A stretch of 64,000 bases of DNA from Minisyncoccota bacterium (GTDB taxonomy: Bacteria; Patescibacteriota; Minisyncoccia; Phycocordibacterales; JBAYLF01): assembly GCA_041664205.1 (NCBI GenBank), contig JBAYLF010000004.1, positions 12,297 through 76,296 on the forward strand, given 5' to 3'. This document shows, piece after piece, positions 1 through 9,581 of this stretch (position 1 is its first letter; each line of letters opens with the position of its first letter). Under the pieces are notes generated by a model. The model did no database searches, had not been told where the DNA came from, and saw only the letters and a program-made list of their open reading frames with translations. A program made the translations under genes and the position numbers.

Positions 1-2
1 TA

Positions 3-470
3 GGGAAGGACGATGTGTTCATTGCACGTTTCCATCCTAAGTGGCTATCTGATCCGAGTAAAAGCGAGCATGTAAATCAATGGCATGCACTGCTTAAAGA
101 AGCGAAAGAGAAAGGAATAGAAGTTGCGGAACAGCCTAAGGGTGTAAATGCTCGTCAGCTTATGATGGCAGCGTATTCATCGGTATCAATGTGGTCTACA
201 ACACTTACAGAGGCGGCGCTTCTTTCATTATCTGTATGCTGGATGTCGCCAGTCTGCAAAGAACGCATGAAAGCTGGACTTGGATTCGAACGTTATCCTC
301 TTGTTGATATCGGATGCGTTGCCGAGGTTTCTTCTCCTGAAGAATATCTCCGAGTTCTTGAGGATCGGAATACGTTTATCGAGAACTGCCGTCGCGAACT
401 TAAACCTGACAGCAAAAATGCAGAGCGAGTTGCAGAGGCAATCAAGGATCTGATATTGGTTTGGTGGTAA
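3..470 (+). CDS. C-terminal part of a GT-B-fold protein (capsule/glycosyltransferase-like), truncated by window start
   Basis: Frame open from window start; FIARFHPK and SMWSTTLTEAALL resemble GT-B C-domain motifs; higher GC than neighbours. Confidence 0.45.
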   Translation, partial: GKDDVFIARFHPKWLSDPSKSEHVNQWHALLKEAKEKGIEVAEQPKGVNARQLMMAAYSSVSMWSTTLTEAALLSLSVCWMSPVCKERMKAGLGFERYPLVDIGCVAEVSSPEEYLRVLEDRNTFIENCRRELKPDSKNAERVAEAIKDLILVWW

Positions 471-489
471 AATCCTGTCAAAAAAAGGT

Positions 490-521
490 GCCGCGAGTTT
501 TTTTAAACTCGCGGCTTTTTT
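490..521 (+). terminator. Intrinsic terminator
   Basis: gccgcgagttt/aaactcgcggc 11-bp stem followed by T-run. Confidence 0.8.
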
Positions 522-551
522 ATAACCAGAAATTAAAATTATACCATCGAC

Positions 552-686
552 AATTAAGTTTTTCGCATAAGTCCTAAAAATTTTGAGCGAGACGAAGAGA
601 AAAATCTGAAGAATATCGAGATATTTTGAAAATTTTTCTCAAAGTCGCAACCAAAATTTTTAGGACTTGGTGCGGATAGATTAATT
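552..686. repeat. Long imperfect palindromic element
   Basis: Perfect 17-bp arms 569-585/652-668, with nested inner stems gagaaaaat/atttttctc and aatatc/gatatt. Confidence 0.8.
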
Positions 687-737
687 GGAGATGGTATTAC
701 TATAGAAATATAAAAAATACTGTAGTATAATATTTTT

Positions 738-1967
738 ATGCAAACAGATATTTTTGTAAGCATATTTGGAGAATCTTTAGGATCAGCCTTGCAGATCATC
801 TTTTACGCAATGCCGTTATGGCTACCTTTCTTAGCTGGTTTTGTATTCTGGAAATTATGGGTTCAATATGTGCGAGGTGAATTTATTTCCAAACAAAAAT
901 ACACACTCCTCGAAATCAAATTACCTAAAGAACTTTTCAAATCACCACAAGCCATGGAGACTGTTTTAGCAGGTCTTTATTTAACGATGGGTGAGAGCAC
1001 TTGGTTTGATAAATATTGGCTAGGCAAAATAAGAACATGGTTTTCTCTAGAACTTGTGTCTATAGACGGCAATGTTCATTTTTTCATATGGACAAGAGAT
1101 TATTTTAAAAATACTGTTGAATCACAAATTTACGCTCAATATCCAACAGTTGAAATATACGAAGTTCCTGATTACACACAAAATATATATTTTGATCCAA
1201 ACGTTTATTCTGTGTTCGGAACTTTTTTCAAACTTACAAAACCTGATCCATATCCAATAAAAACTTATGTTGATTACGGTATGGATAAAGATCCTAAAGA
1301 AGAATTTAAAATTGATCCGATTGTTTCTGTTACTGAATTTTTAGGATCATTAAACAAAGGGGAACAAGCATGGATTCAAATTTTAATTCGCGCCCATAAA
1401 AAAGAAAAACGTGATGGGTTATTTTCAGAACCAACAGACTGGAAAACAGACGCTAAAGCAGAGATCAAAAAGATAATGACAGAAGGGTCTTATGTAAAAT
1501 CTGAAGGAGATGATCCTTTCGCTGCAATGAAGCTAACCAGAGGTCAGCAAGATGTAATAAACGCTATGGAAAGAAGTATAAATAAACAAGCCTTTGATAC
1601 AGGGATTAGAGCTATCTATATAGCAGAAAAAGATAAATATAATGCTACTCGCATCCCTGGTATTTTGGGTGTAATGAGACAATACAATTCAAGCACTCTA
1701 AATAGCTTTGGCTTATCTGGCACTACTGGTTTTGATTTCCCTTGGGAAGACTATAAAGATATTCGTTTAAACAAAGTAAAAAAAGATCTAGTAGACGGAT
1801 ATAAACTCCGATCATATTTTCATCCACCATTCAAGAAAAAACCCTTTGTATTAAATACGGAAGAATTAGCAACTATTTTCCATTTCCCTGGAGGCGTAGC
1901 TACAACTCCTACAGTTTCTAGAATAACCTCTAAGAAAGCAGAACCGCCAAGCAATTTGCCTATATAA
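738..1967 (+). CDS. Conserved CPR membrane-anchored protein resembling the N-terminal region of VirD4/TraD-like coupling proteins
   Basis: 409 aa; N-terminal TM; LLEIKLPKE, FSLELVS, YAQYP, YPIKTY and LNTEELATIFHFP motifs; no Walker A. Confidence 0.6.
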   Translation: MQTDIFVSIFGESLGSALQIIFYAMPLWLPFLAGFVFWKLWVQYVRGEFISKQKYTLLEIKLPKELFKSPQAMETVLAGLYLTMGESTWFDKYWLGKIRTWFSLELVSIDGNVHFFIWTRDYFKNTVESQIYAQYPTVEIYEVPDYTQNIYFDPNVYSVFGTFFKLTKPDPYPIKTYVDYGMDKDPKEEFKIDPIVSVTEFLGSLNKGEQAWIQILIRAHKKEKRDGLFSEPTDWKTDAKAEIKKIMTEGSYVKSEGDDPFAAMKLTRGQQDVINAMERSINKQAFDTGIRAIYIAEKDKYNATRIPGILGVMRQYNSSTLNSFGLSGTTGFDFPWEDYKDIRLNKVKKDLVDGYKLRSYFHPPFKKKPFVLNTEELATIFHFPGGVATTPTVSRITSKKAEPPSNLPI

Positions 1968-1972
1968 TAAAC

Positions 1973-2953
1973 ATGGAGAACGAACGAATTCAAAAAATAA
2001 AAATTCTTTTAAAAAAGAAGCAAATAAAAGTTTGCGGAATTTTTTTTATTTTTGTAATTATTTTATACTTTTTATTTTTGTCACCTCCATCAGATTTTCC
2101 TAAAAATTATATCGTAACCATTAAAGAGGGAACTATATCATCTGATATTTCTTCACTTTTAAAATCGGAACATATAATTAAGTATGAATTCATGAATAAT
2201 ATTTTTGTTAGACTTTTAGGAGGACACAGAAAAATCGTATCTGGTGACTATTTTTTCAACAAACCTGAAAATGCTTTCACTATCGCAACTAGAATTATCG
2301 GAGGAAAATTTGAACTAGAACCTATAAAAATTACAATCCCTGAAGGCACGAGCATAAGAGAGATGTCAGATATTTTATCTAAAAAACTTACAAATTTTAA
2401 CGAGCAAGAATTTATTTCTTACACTCAAGGTAAGGAGGGTTACCTTTTTCCGGACACATATTTCTTTTTTCCTAACACTAAAATAGAAAAAATTGTAAGT
2501 ATGATGGAAGATAATTTCCAAAAAAAAATAGACTCTATCAAATCTGAAATAACAGCTTCTGGAAAACCTCTAAAAGATATTGTGATTATGGCTTCAATAA
2601 TAGAGGCAGAGGCTAACACTTCTGAATCCAGAGCTATTGTTTCTGGGATTTTATGGAAACGTTTAAATATAGGAATGCCTCTTCAAGTTGATGCTGCATT
2701 TGAATATATAAACGGCAAAAACACTTCTGAATTAACAAAAAAAGATCTGACCGTTAACTCACCATATAACACTTATAAAAATAAAGGACTACCACCAACA
2801 CCTATAAACAATCCTGGCATTGATTCATTACTAGCTGCAGTAAAACCAACTCAAACTCCATACTTATATTATTTGTCTGATAAAAATACAAAAATACATT
2901 ATGCAAAAACACTTGAAGAACATAATCAAAATATAAAAGATTATTTGAACTAA
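1973..2953 (+). CDS. mltG: Endolytic transglycosylase MltG
   Basis: N-terminal TM; ITIPEG, EGYLFPDTY, MASIIEAE, SPYNTY, GLPPTPINNPG. Confidence 0.95.
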   Translation: MENERIQKIKILLKKKQIKVCGIFFIFVIILYFLFLSPPSDFPKNYIVTIKEGTISSDISSLLKSEHIIKYEFMNNIFVRLLGGHRKIVSGDYFFNKPENAFTIATRIIGGKFELEPIKITIPEGTSIREMSDILSKKLTNFNEQEFISYTQGKEGYLFPDTYFFFPNTKIEKIVSMMEDNFQKKIDSIKSEITASGKPLKDIVIMASIIEAEANTSESRAIVSGILWKRLNIGMPLQVDAAFEYINGKNTSELTKKDLTVNSPYNTYKNKGLPPTPINNPGIDSLLAAVKPTQTPYLYYLSDKNTKIHYAKTLEEHNQNIKDYLN

Positions 2954-3009
2954 TTTTTTATAATACTTAAATAAACAAAAAGAGCGGTGACTTTAATCAC
3001 TGCTCTTAT

Positions 3010-3513
3010 TTATTTATCTTTTTTATCGTCTATTAATTCATACTTTCTCTTCAATAAATAAGCGTAAATTTTTTGAGCTAATATATATTTGCAATCATAC
3101 CAAGGCAGATCGCGTTCGATTTCAAAGACATATAAATGATTGCGCACTTGATCTACGAAATCTTCATCAATTGTATTTAAAATCTTTTTAAGAGATGGTG
3201 GATATCTAAAATTAACCAAACAACCACGAAGTTCCAACTGATCGAAAAAAAATACATATCGCATCCTAGAGTAATCAATAAAAGAAGATACGATTTTACT
3301 AAATAAAAAAAGTAAATCATCACGTCTTCTTGCAAGAGTTGGATTGTTTATTAATTTTTGCTCTACTTCACAGAATATCTGTGTTATTTTACCTGCAAGC
3401 TCAATAAAGTTTTTTATTAATTTAATATTATTTCTCGGTTCGCTTTTTATTAAATCCTTAAAAACATAATCTAGCGCTTTTATCCGATCTAAAAGATCTT
3501 CTATTTCTTTCAT
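3010..3513 (-). CDS. Hypothetical protein (orphan)
   Basis: Long ORF; ATG 3513 preferred as start; bidirectional hairpin near 2980-3008. Confidence 0.55.
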   Translation of the reverse strand: MKEIEDLLDRIKALDYVFKDLIKSEPRNNIKLIKNFIELAGKITQIFCEVEQKLINNPTLARRRDDLLFLFSKIVSSFIDYSRMRYVFFFDQLELRGCLVNFRYPPSLKKILNTIDEDFVDQVRNHLYVFEIERDLPWYDCKYILAQKIYAYLLKRKYELIDDKKDK

Positions 3514-3608
3514 ATCTACACTAAATGATACAACTAATTGATTATGTATCAAATTTTATAAGCACACGATATCTGGCATATTGTATTTTTTATGATACCA
3601 TAACTAAA

Positions 3609-4724
3609 ATGATCAAAAGTCAAGTAAAAAAAATACCAACAAAACACAGAAAACAAGGACGGAATGTCTTTGTTGGACTTTCTGGTGGAGTTGATTCATC
3701 TGTTGCGGCATATTTACTAAAAAAAGAAGGCTTCAACGTTACAGGAGTTTTTATTAAAGTTTGGCACCCAGACTTTCTAAAATGTAATTGGAAAGAAGAA
3801 AAAAGAGACGCAATGAGAGTTTGCGCTCATTTGGATATTCCTTTTAAAATGCTCGATCTTGAAAAAGAATACAAAAAAGATGTCGTTGATTATATGATAG
3901 AAAAATACAAAGAGGGAATTACGCCAAATCCCGATGTTATGTGCAACAAATACGTAAAATTCGGTGGCTTTTATGATTGGGCTTTGAAAAATGGCGCTGA
4001 CTTCATAGCGACAGGGCACTACGCGATTAAAAACGAAGTAGAAGGAAAATATCAATTATTAGCATCAAAAGACAAGAACAAAGATCAGACGTATTTTTTA
4101 TGGACTCTTACACAAAAACAGCTAGAAAAAATCCTTTTCCCAATAGGGCATTTGCAAAAAGAAGAATTAAGAAAAATTGCAAAAATCGCAGGCCTTTCAA
4201 CTTTTGATAAAAAAGATAGCCAAGGTTTGTGCTTTATCGGAAAAGTAGATATGAGAGACTTTTTAAAAAAATTTATTAAATCAGAGAAAGGAAAAGTTCT
4301 AGACAAAAAAGGAAACGTGATAGGAACTCACGAGGGAGCTTATTTTTATACGATCGGACAAAGACATGGCTTCATCATCAGTAAAAAAAATCCAGAAGAG
4401 AAACCTTTGTTTGTCATTTCTAAAAAAATAGAAAAAAACACGATAACAGTATCTGAAGAACAATTGCCTGAAACTGATATTGGAAACAGGACTGATGTTG
4501 TTATTGAAAATATAAATTGGATTTCAAAAGAATTAATAAATGATAAATCAATTTATTCTGCAAGAATAAGATATAGACAACCGTTGCATGATTGCAAAAT
4601 AAAAAAAATAAATGATAAAAAATGGATAGTATCTTTCATAGAGCCCACTGAACCATTTTCACCAGGACAGTCATTAGTTGTTTATAATAATGACATTTGC
4701 TTAGGTGGTGGAATAATTTGCTAG
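3609..4724 (+). CDS. mnmA: tRNA 2-thiouridylase MnmA
   Basis: SGGVDSS, PNPDVMCN, ATGHYA, KDQTYF, DSQGLCF; start placed at ATG 3609. Confidence 0.97.
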   Translation: MIKSQVKKIPTKHRKQGRNVFVGLSGGVDSSVAAYLLKKEGFNVTGVFIKVWHPDFLKCNWKEEKRDAMRVCAHLDIPFKMLDLEKEYKKDVVDYMIEKYKEGITPNPDVMCNKYVKFGGFYDWALKNGADFIATGHYAIKNEVEGKYQLLASKDKNKDQTYFLWTLTQKQLEKILFPIGHLQKEELRKIAKIAGLSTFDKKDSQGLCFIGKVDMRDFLKKFIKSEKGKVLDKKGNVIGTHEGAYFYTIGQRHGFIISKKNPEEKPLFVISKKIEKNTITVSEEQLPETDIGNRTDVVIENINWISKELINDKSIYSARIRYRQPLHDCKIKKINDKKWIVSFIEPTEPFSPGQSLVVYNNDICLGGGIIC

Positions 4725-4887
4725 GAACTTATTCTCTGTCTCGTGGTACCCAGGATAAAAAAGACTGTTTTTGAGCGAAAAACTAGACGGAGTACGAAAT
4801 GTAATAGAATTACATTGAGGACGAGTCGAAGTTTTGCAGCCAAAAACAGTCTTTTTTAGACAGGGGGAAGATAGAGAATAGGTTCCT
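4723..4887. repeat. 165-bp palindromic (MITE/RPE-like) element
   Basis: 19-nt terminal arms (2 G-U positions); perfect 18-bp inner arms 4756-4773/4841-4858; apical aatgtaa/ttacatt hairpin. Confidence 0.85.
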
Positions 4888-4948
4888 GTTTCTACTCAAA
4901 ATAAAAAGCTGGTATAATAGATGTAATTAAAAATTTACATTTACTAAC

Positions 4949-5788
4949 GTGCCACAAAAAGATATCTACGTAATAAAACATAGCGGTGAAAAACAAGCTT
5001 TTGATTTTAATAAACTAAAAAGTTCACTGCAGAAATCAAGGATACCGGAGCAAACTGCTGAAAAAGTAGCCGAACATATAAAAAAAGAAGTAAAAAACGG
5101 CATGACTACGAATGAGATTTACGATAGTGCCTATGATTTTTTACACGCAATAGAACGCACATCTGCGGCAAAATATTCGCTAAGAAGATCTATTTTTAGC
5201 CTCGGACCAACAGGTTTTCCTTTTGAGGATCTTGTGGGAGAAATTTTTAAGAAAAAAGGTTATTCGATAAAAAACGATGTGATGATACAAGGTAAGTGCG
5301 TTTCTCATGAGATTGACCTTGTTGCTTGGAAAGAAAATAGTGTAATCGTTTCTGAAATAAAATTCCACAACAAAGTAGGTGAAAAAACCGATCTAAAAGT
5401 TGCTCTTTATGTAAAGGCGAGACTTGACGATCTCTACAAATCAACATTGCATCTTGATGGAAAAGAAAGACATATGGATGAAGGGTGGCTTGTAACAAAT
5501 ACAAAATTCACCACAACCGCAATACAATACGGAACATGCGAAAATATAAAATTGATAGGCTGGAGCTACCCAAAAGAAGGTAACTTGCAAAACCTCATTG
5601 AAGAGTGCGGACTTCATCCTCTCACATGTTTAACAACGCTCTCATTTAATGAAAAAAGAACACTATTAGAAAAGGGGATTGTTATATGTAAAACACTGGA
5701 AAATAATCATGAAATTTTAAGAGATTTGAGATTAGATGATGAAAGAATAAAAGAAGTTTTGGAAGAGATAAAAGTTTTAACAACATAA
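4949..5788 (+). CDS. ATP-cone domain fused to an Mrr-like PD-(D/E)XK endonuclease
   Basis: VIKHSGEKQAFDFNKL (ATP cone); FE..VGEIF, HEIDLVA, SEIKF, LVTNTKFT. Confidence 0.8.
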   Translation: MPQKDIYVIKHSGEKQAFDFNKLKSSLQKSRIPEQTAEKVAEHIKKEVKNGMTTNEIYDSAYDFLHAIERTSAAKYSLRRSIFSLGPTGFPFEDLVGEIFKKKGYSIKNDVMIQGKCVSHEIDLVAWKENSVIVSEIKFHNKVGEKTDLKVALYVKARLDDLYKSTLHLDGKERHMDEGWLVTNTKFTTTAIQYGTCENIKLIGWSYPKEGNLQNLIEECGLHPLTCLTTLSFNEKRTLLEKGIVICKTLENNHEILRDLRLDDERIKEVLEEIKVLTT

Positions 5789-5809
5789 ATCTATTATCAA
5801 ATAAAAATA

Positions 5810-6691
5810 ATGAGCCAATATTACAATCCAAAAAGAACAAGAAATGTTTTTGATCCGAGATCAAAAGAACCATTCAGATTGAGCCGATCAAAGATCGACT
5901 TATTCGTTCAATGTCAGCGATGTTTTTATTTGGATATCAGACTCGGAGTCGGACGCCCTTCTTCCTTTCCAATGACTTTAAATAATGCTGTTGACCTACT
6001 AATGAAAAAAGAATTCGACATTCACCGAGTAAAAAAACAGGCTCATCCTTTAATGAAAAAATATGGGATAGATGCAATACCTCTTACTCATGAAAAAATG
6101 GACGAGTGGCGAGATGCACTTCGAAGCGGTGTTTCGTGTTTAGATAAAGAAACAAACTTAATTCTTCGCGGTGGTGTAGATGATATTTGGGTAAATCCAA
6201 AGGGAGAATTTATTGTCGTAGATTATAAAGCAACAAGTAAAGATGAAGAAATCACACTGGACGATGAATGGAAAATTCAATACAAACGCCAGATGGAAAT
6301 TTATCAATGGCTTCTTAGACAAAATGGGTTCAAAGTATCTGAGACTGGATATTTTGTTTACGTAAACGGCAAAACCGACAAAGAAGCATTTGACGCAAAA
6401 CTTGAATTTGATGTCACCATCATTCCTTACAAAGGAGATGACAGTTGGATACACGAGGTAATTATAAATATGAAAAAATGCTTAATGTCTCCAAACTTAC
6501 CTGAAGCTACAAGCAATTGCGACTATTGCAGATACAGAGAATCAGCAGGAACATCTATAAGAGAATTATATAAAGACAAAACAACTGCACTTGCAAAAAA
6601 TTCAGAGAATTTATCAAAACCTCCAAAAGAAAAAAAGAGAACAAAAAATCCAAAAAAAGACGGGGGAATTCAAAACAAAACTATTTTTTAA
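5810..6691 (+). CDS. PD-(D/E)XK nuclease, RecB/Cas4-like, stand-alone
   Basis: CQRCFY, GGVDD, VVDYK, QMEIY, C-terminal CDYC. Confidence 0.85.
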   Translation: MSQYYNPKRTRNVFDPRSKEPFRLSRSKIDLFVQCQRCFYLDIRLGVGRPSSFPMTLNNAVDLLMKKEFDIHRVKKQAHPLMKKYGIDAIPLTHEKMDEWRDALRSGVSCLDKETNLILRGGVDDIWVNPKGEFIVVDYKATSKDEEITLDDEWKIQYKRQMEIYQWLLRQNGFKVSETGYFVYVNGKTDKEAFDAKLEFDVTIIPYKGDDSWIHEVIINMKKCLMSPNLPEATSNCDYCRYRESAGTSIRELYKDKTTALAKNSENLSKPPKEKKRTKNPKKDGGIQNKTIF

Positions 6692-6800
6692 AATTTTAGC
6701 AATAACACTAAAATACTAATGTGGCAAGACTTGTAAAACAAGTTTTGTAAGGTGTATAGTAGGAAAAGAAAAACTATCAAAAAGGGAAGAAGGGACTGAT

Positions 6801-7415
6801 ATGCAACTTGTTGAAGAATTTAATCAAGAATTATTTTTTCGTCTAAAAAAACTTTTAAGTGTATTAAAGCTCCTAGCTACAGCACTTAGAGACGAAAATC
6901 GTGAAGCTTTTTATAAAGAAACAAAGATCAAAATCACAAACGGAAAAGACTTAAGTGGCTTATCAAAAAAAGCTCGCAAACATCATGAATTTGATCAAGC
7001 AGAAGAAGATAAATTTTTTGCTTATCATCTTTATGATTTTTACTTAGGAAAAAAGGGAATCATCGAAATTAAGCCATATCTTATCATCCCAAAAGATGAA
7101 AAAGGAGATGTTATACCTGAGCCAAGTTCTGACGATGTATTAAGACAGATTCTATATACAATCAAAAATTTTGGTCAGTATGTAGAAATTGTCGATAATT
7201 ACAACAGACGAGCAACAGCATCGATTTTGAAAAAAGATGCATGGCTGGTTACAGATGAAGAAGCATCCGAGCACTATAGCAGTGCTGCAGATCATCAAAA
7301 AAACCAGATCTATCTTAAACCCAAAGGTTTATTTGAATTATTCCAGTGGTATAGCGATTTTATCGACTGGGATGAAAGAAAACACGAGGAAGATGAAGAG
7401 GAAAATCCAAAATAG
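6801..7415 (+). CDS. Hypothetical protein (orphan)
   Basis: 204-aa ORF with purine-rich RBS and own hairpin 7416-7443. Confidence 0.7.
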   Translation: MQLVEEFNQELFFRLKKLLSVLKLLATALRDENREAFYKETKIKITNGKDLSGLSKKARKHHEFDQAEEDKFFAYHLYDFYLGKKGIIEIKPYLIIPKDEKGDVIPEPSSDDVLRQILYTIKNFGQYVEIVDNYNRRATASILKKDAWLVTDEEASEHYSSAADHQKNQIYLKPKGLFELFQWYSDFIDWDERKHEEDEEENPK

Positions 7416-7443
7416 AGGGCGGACTTGTTATCAAGTCCGCCCT
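7416..7443 (+). terminator. GC-rich hairpin after orphan ORF
   Basis: agggcggacttg/caagtccgccct 12-bp perfect stem. Confidence 0.7.
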
Positions 7444-7496
7444 ATTGACTTTTTTAAAAAAAGGTTTATCATTTTAACTAAGAAAGGGGGTGTAAA

Positions 7497-7667
7497 ATGA
7501 GCACTCAAAGTTCATTCCAAGATGTTGAAAGGACACAATTGGTAATTGCGATTCGTATAAAAAGGCTTAATCGACAAATTGCTGAAGCAAGTGTAAAAGA
7601 TCCCAAAGGACATGCTGTCAAGCTTCTGATGATTGAAAAAAAACAACTGGAATCCCAACAACATTGA
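7497..7667 (+). CDS. 56-aa helical small protein, missing from the ORF track
   Basis: Hand translation MSTQSSFQDVERTQLVIAIRIKRLNRQIAEASVKDPKGHAVKLLMIEKKQLESQQH; RBS agaaaggggg; TTGACT..TATCAT upstream; hairpin downstream. Confidence 0.6.
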   Translation: MSTQSSFQDVERTQLVIAIRIKRLNRQIAEASVKDPKGHAVKLLMIEKKQLESQQH

Positions 7668-7738
7668 AAGAAAAAACCTAAAAGGGTGGGCCTACAAAAA
7701 GACCCACCTTTTAACTTGTCTAAATTTTTATTATTTTT

Positions 7739-8350
7739 ATGCAAACAAAAGAACAACTATTAGATCAATTAAAAAACGCTTCGAAAGTTTTTGAAAATCA
7801 GCTTATTGAAGAAGCTTTTACAAAAATCGACAGGGCAGACTTCGTTCCTGAAGATTATAATATAGAAGCATACGAAGATTATCCTTTACCAATAGGATAT
7901 GACCAGACAATTTCGCAACCAACGACTACTGCATTTATGTTAGAACTTTTGGACCCCAAACCAGGAGAAAAAATCCTAGACGTTGGCTCAGGATCAGGAT
8001 TTACAACCGCACTACTTGCACAAATAGTTGGAAAAAAAGGAGAAGTTTGGGGAGTAGAAATTATTCCAGAATTAGTAGAAATATCAAAACAAAGCATAGT
8101 AAAATACAACCTTCCACAAGCTCATATAGAACTTACAAAAAAGATGGGTAGAGCAGAAAAAGCTCCTTTTGATAAAATTTTAGTGAGTGCTTCTGCCAAA
8201 GAACTTCCAGGCGAACTTATCAATCAGCTTAAAGTTGGAGGCATAATGGTCATTCCTGTAGAAGAAACTATTTATAAAATTAAAAAAACCGAAAAAGGTT
8301 TTGAGGAAGAAAAAGATTTTCCAGGATTCTTATTTGTGCCGTTAAGATAA
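7739..8350 (+). CDS. pcm: Protein-L-isoaspartate O-methyltransferase
   Basis: AYEDYPLPIG, QTISQP, LDVGSGSG, APFDKI. Confidence 0.93.
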   Translation: MQTKEQLLDQLKNASKVFENQLIEEAFTKIDRADFVPEDYNIEAYEDYPLPIGYDQTISQPTTTAFMLELLDPKPGEKILDVGSGSGFTTALLAQIVGKKGEVWGVEIIPELVEISKQSIVKYNLPQAHIELTKKMGRAEKAPFDKILVSASAKELPGELINQLKVGGIMVIPVEETIYKIKKTEKGFEEEKDFPGFLFVPLR

Positions 8351-8406
8351 TAAAAATAATTGAGGTTAGCAGTTGCTAACCTCAATTTTTTTATTTTATT
8401 TAAAAA

Positions 8407-8913
8407 CTAAAATGAAATCTTTTTAGCTATATCACGCATATAACTTATTACCCAATTTTCCTCAAGATGAACTATTTGAATTCCAAGTTTACCACCTTGT
8501 TCGTGTTCCCATCTAGCACCAAATGAGGTTTCCCATGCTGGTAAAAAATAAAAGCTAGATATTTTTCTTGATTCAAAAATAGGTCCGTAAAAATCTTCGA
8601 GAATTGGTGTGCAATATCCAATGTTACCATTTCCTCGCCATATTTTAACCATTCTATGAAGCGCGTCTTCAAAAGGTATCTGATTAAATACGTTTATTCC
8701 CATTAATTCAAAAAACGCTATAGATAATGAAAAATATTCCGTATTCAAATCTACAGATCCAAAAATTCCACCTGTAGTAATAGGACCGCATACTTGTATT
8801 ATAGGCTTTGGCATATTATCCAAAATTTCCAAAGCAACGGGTGTGAGTTGGCTAAATTCAGTAGCATTTTCAACTCTTGTTAAACGATCAGCATTCCAGT
8901 ATTTAAGGTTCAT
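8407..8913 (-). CDS. DUF4406/nucleoside-deoxyribosyltransferase-like protein
   Basis: QVCGPIT, FLPAWETSFGARWEH pattern. Confidence 0.55.
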   Translation of the reverse strand: MNLKYWNADRLTRVENATEFSQLTPVALEILDNMPKPIIQVCGPITTGGIFGSVDLNTEYFSLSIAFFELMGINVFNQIPFEDALHRMVKIWRGNGNIGYCTPILEDFYGPIFESRKISSFYFLPAWETSFGARWEHEQGGKLGIQIVHLEENWVISYMRDIAKKISF

Positions 8914-8974
8914 ATTTCTTATTCCTATCTAAAAATAAGTGTAGTATACTAACGAATAATGTAAATAACGCACT

Positions 8975-9577
8975 ATGCAGAACACAGAAGAACGAAAAAA
9001 TCAATTAAAACAGATAAAAGACGAGGTTTTAAATCTAAAAAAATCTCCTTTGTATAACGAACGTGTAAAAAATAAAGTTTTCCCCGTAATAGGAGACGGA
9101 AGTCATTTTGCACACATAATGTTTGTAGGCGAAGCACCAGGAAAAAACGAGGCTGCAACTGGACGACCATTCTGTGGAGCTTCTGGAAAAATTTTAGATG
9201 AACTTCTAGAATCGGCAGGAATAAAAAGAGAAAGCGTTTACATAACAAACATCGTAAAAGACCGACCACCATTTAATCGCGACCCGCTACCAGATGAAAT
9301 AGAAATTTACGGACCATTTCTTGATAGACAAATTGAGATAATTAAACCGCCAGTTATCGCAACATTAGGGAGATACTCAATGACTTATATAATGAAAAAA
9401 TTCGGACTAGAGTTTGAATTAGAACCAATAAGTAAAGCACACGGCAAAGCGTATGAGACACAAACTAGTTATGGAAAAATCAAAATTATTCCGCTTTACC
9501 ATCCAGCAGTTGCAATATACAATTCGAATACTAAAGATACTTTAAAAAAAGATTTCGCAATACTAAAAAAATATTAA
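8975..9577 (+). CDS. Uracil-DNA glycosylase, family 4-like
   Basis: GEAPG, GRPFCG, YITNIVK.RPP, LYHPA. Confidence 0.9.
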   Translation: MQNTEERKNQLKQIKDEVLNLKKSPLYNERVKNKVFPVIGDGSHFAHIMFVGEAPGKNEAATGRPFCGASGKILDELLESAGIKRESVYITNIVKDRPPFNRDPLPDEIEIYGPFLDRQIEIIKPPVIATLGRYSMTYIMKKFGLEFELEPISKAHGKAYETQTSYGKIKIIPLYHPAVAIYNSNTKDTLKKDFAILKKY

Positions 9578-9581
9578 AACG

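Noticed and set aside
5810-6691. Cas4 of a CRISPR locus
   Set aside because: No cas1/cas2 and no repeat-spacer array seen in the window.
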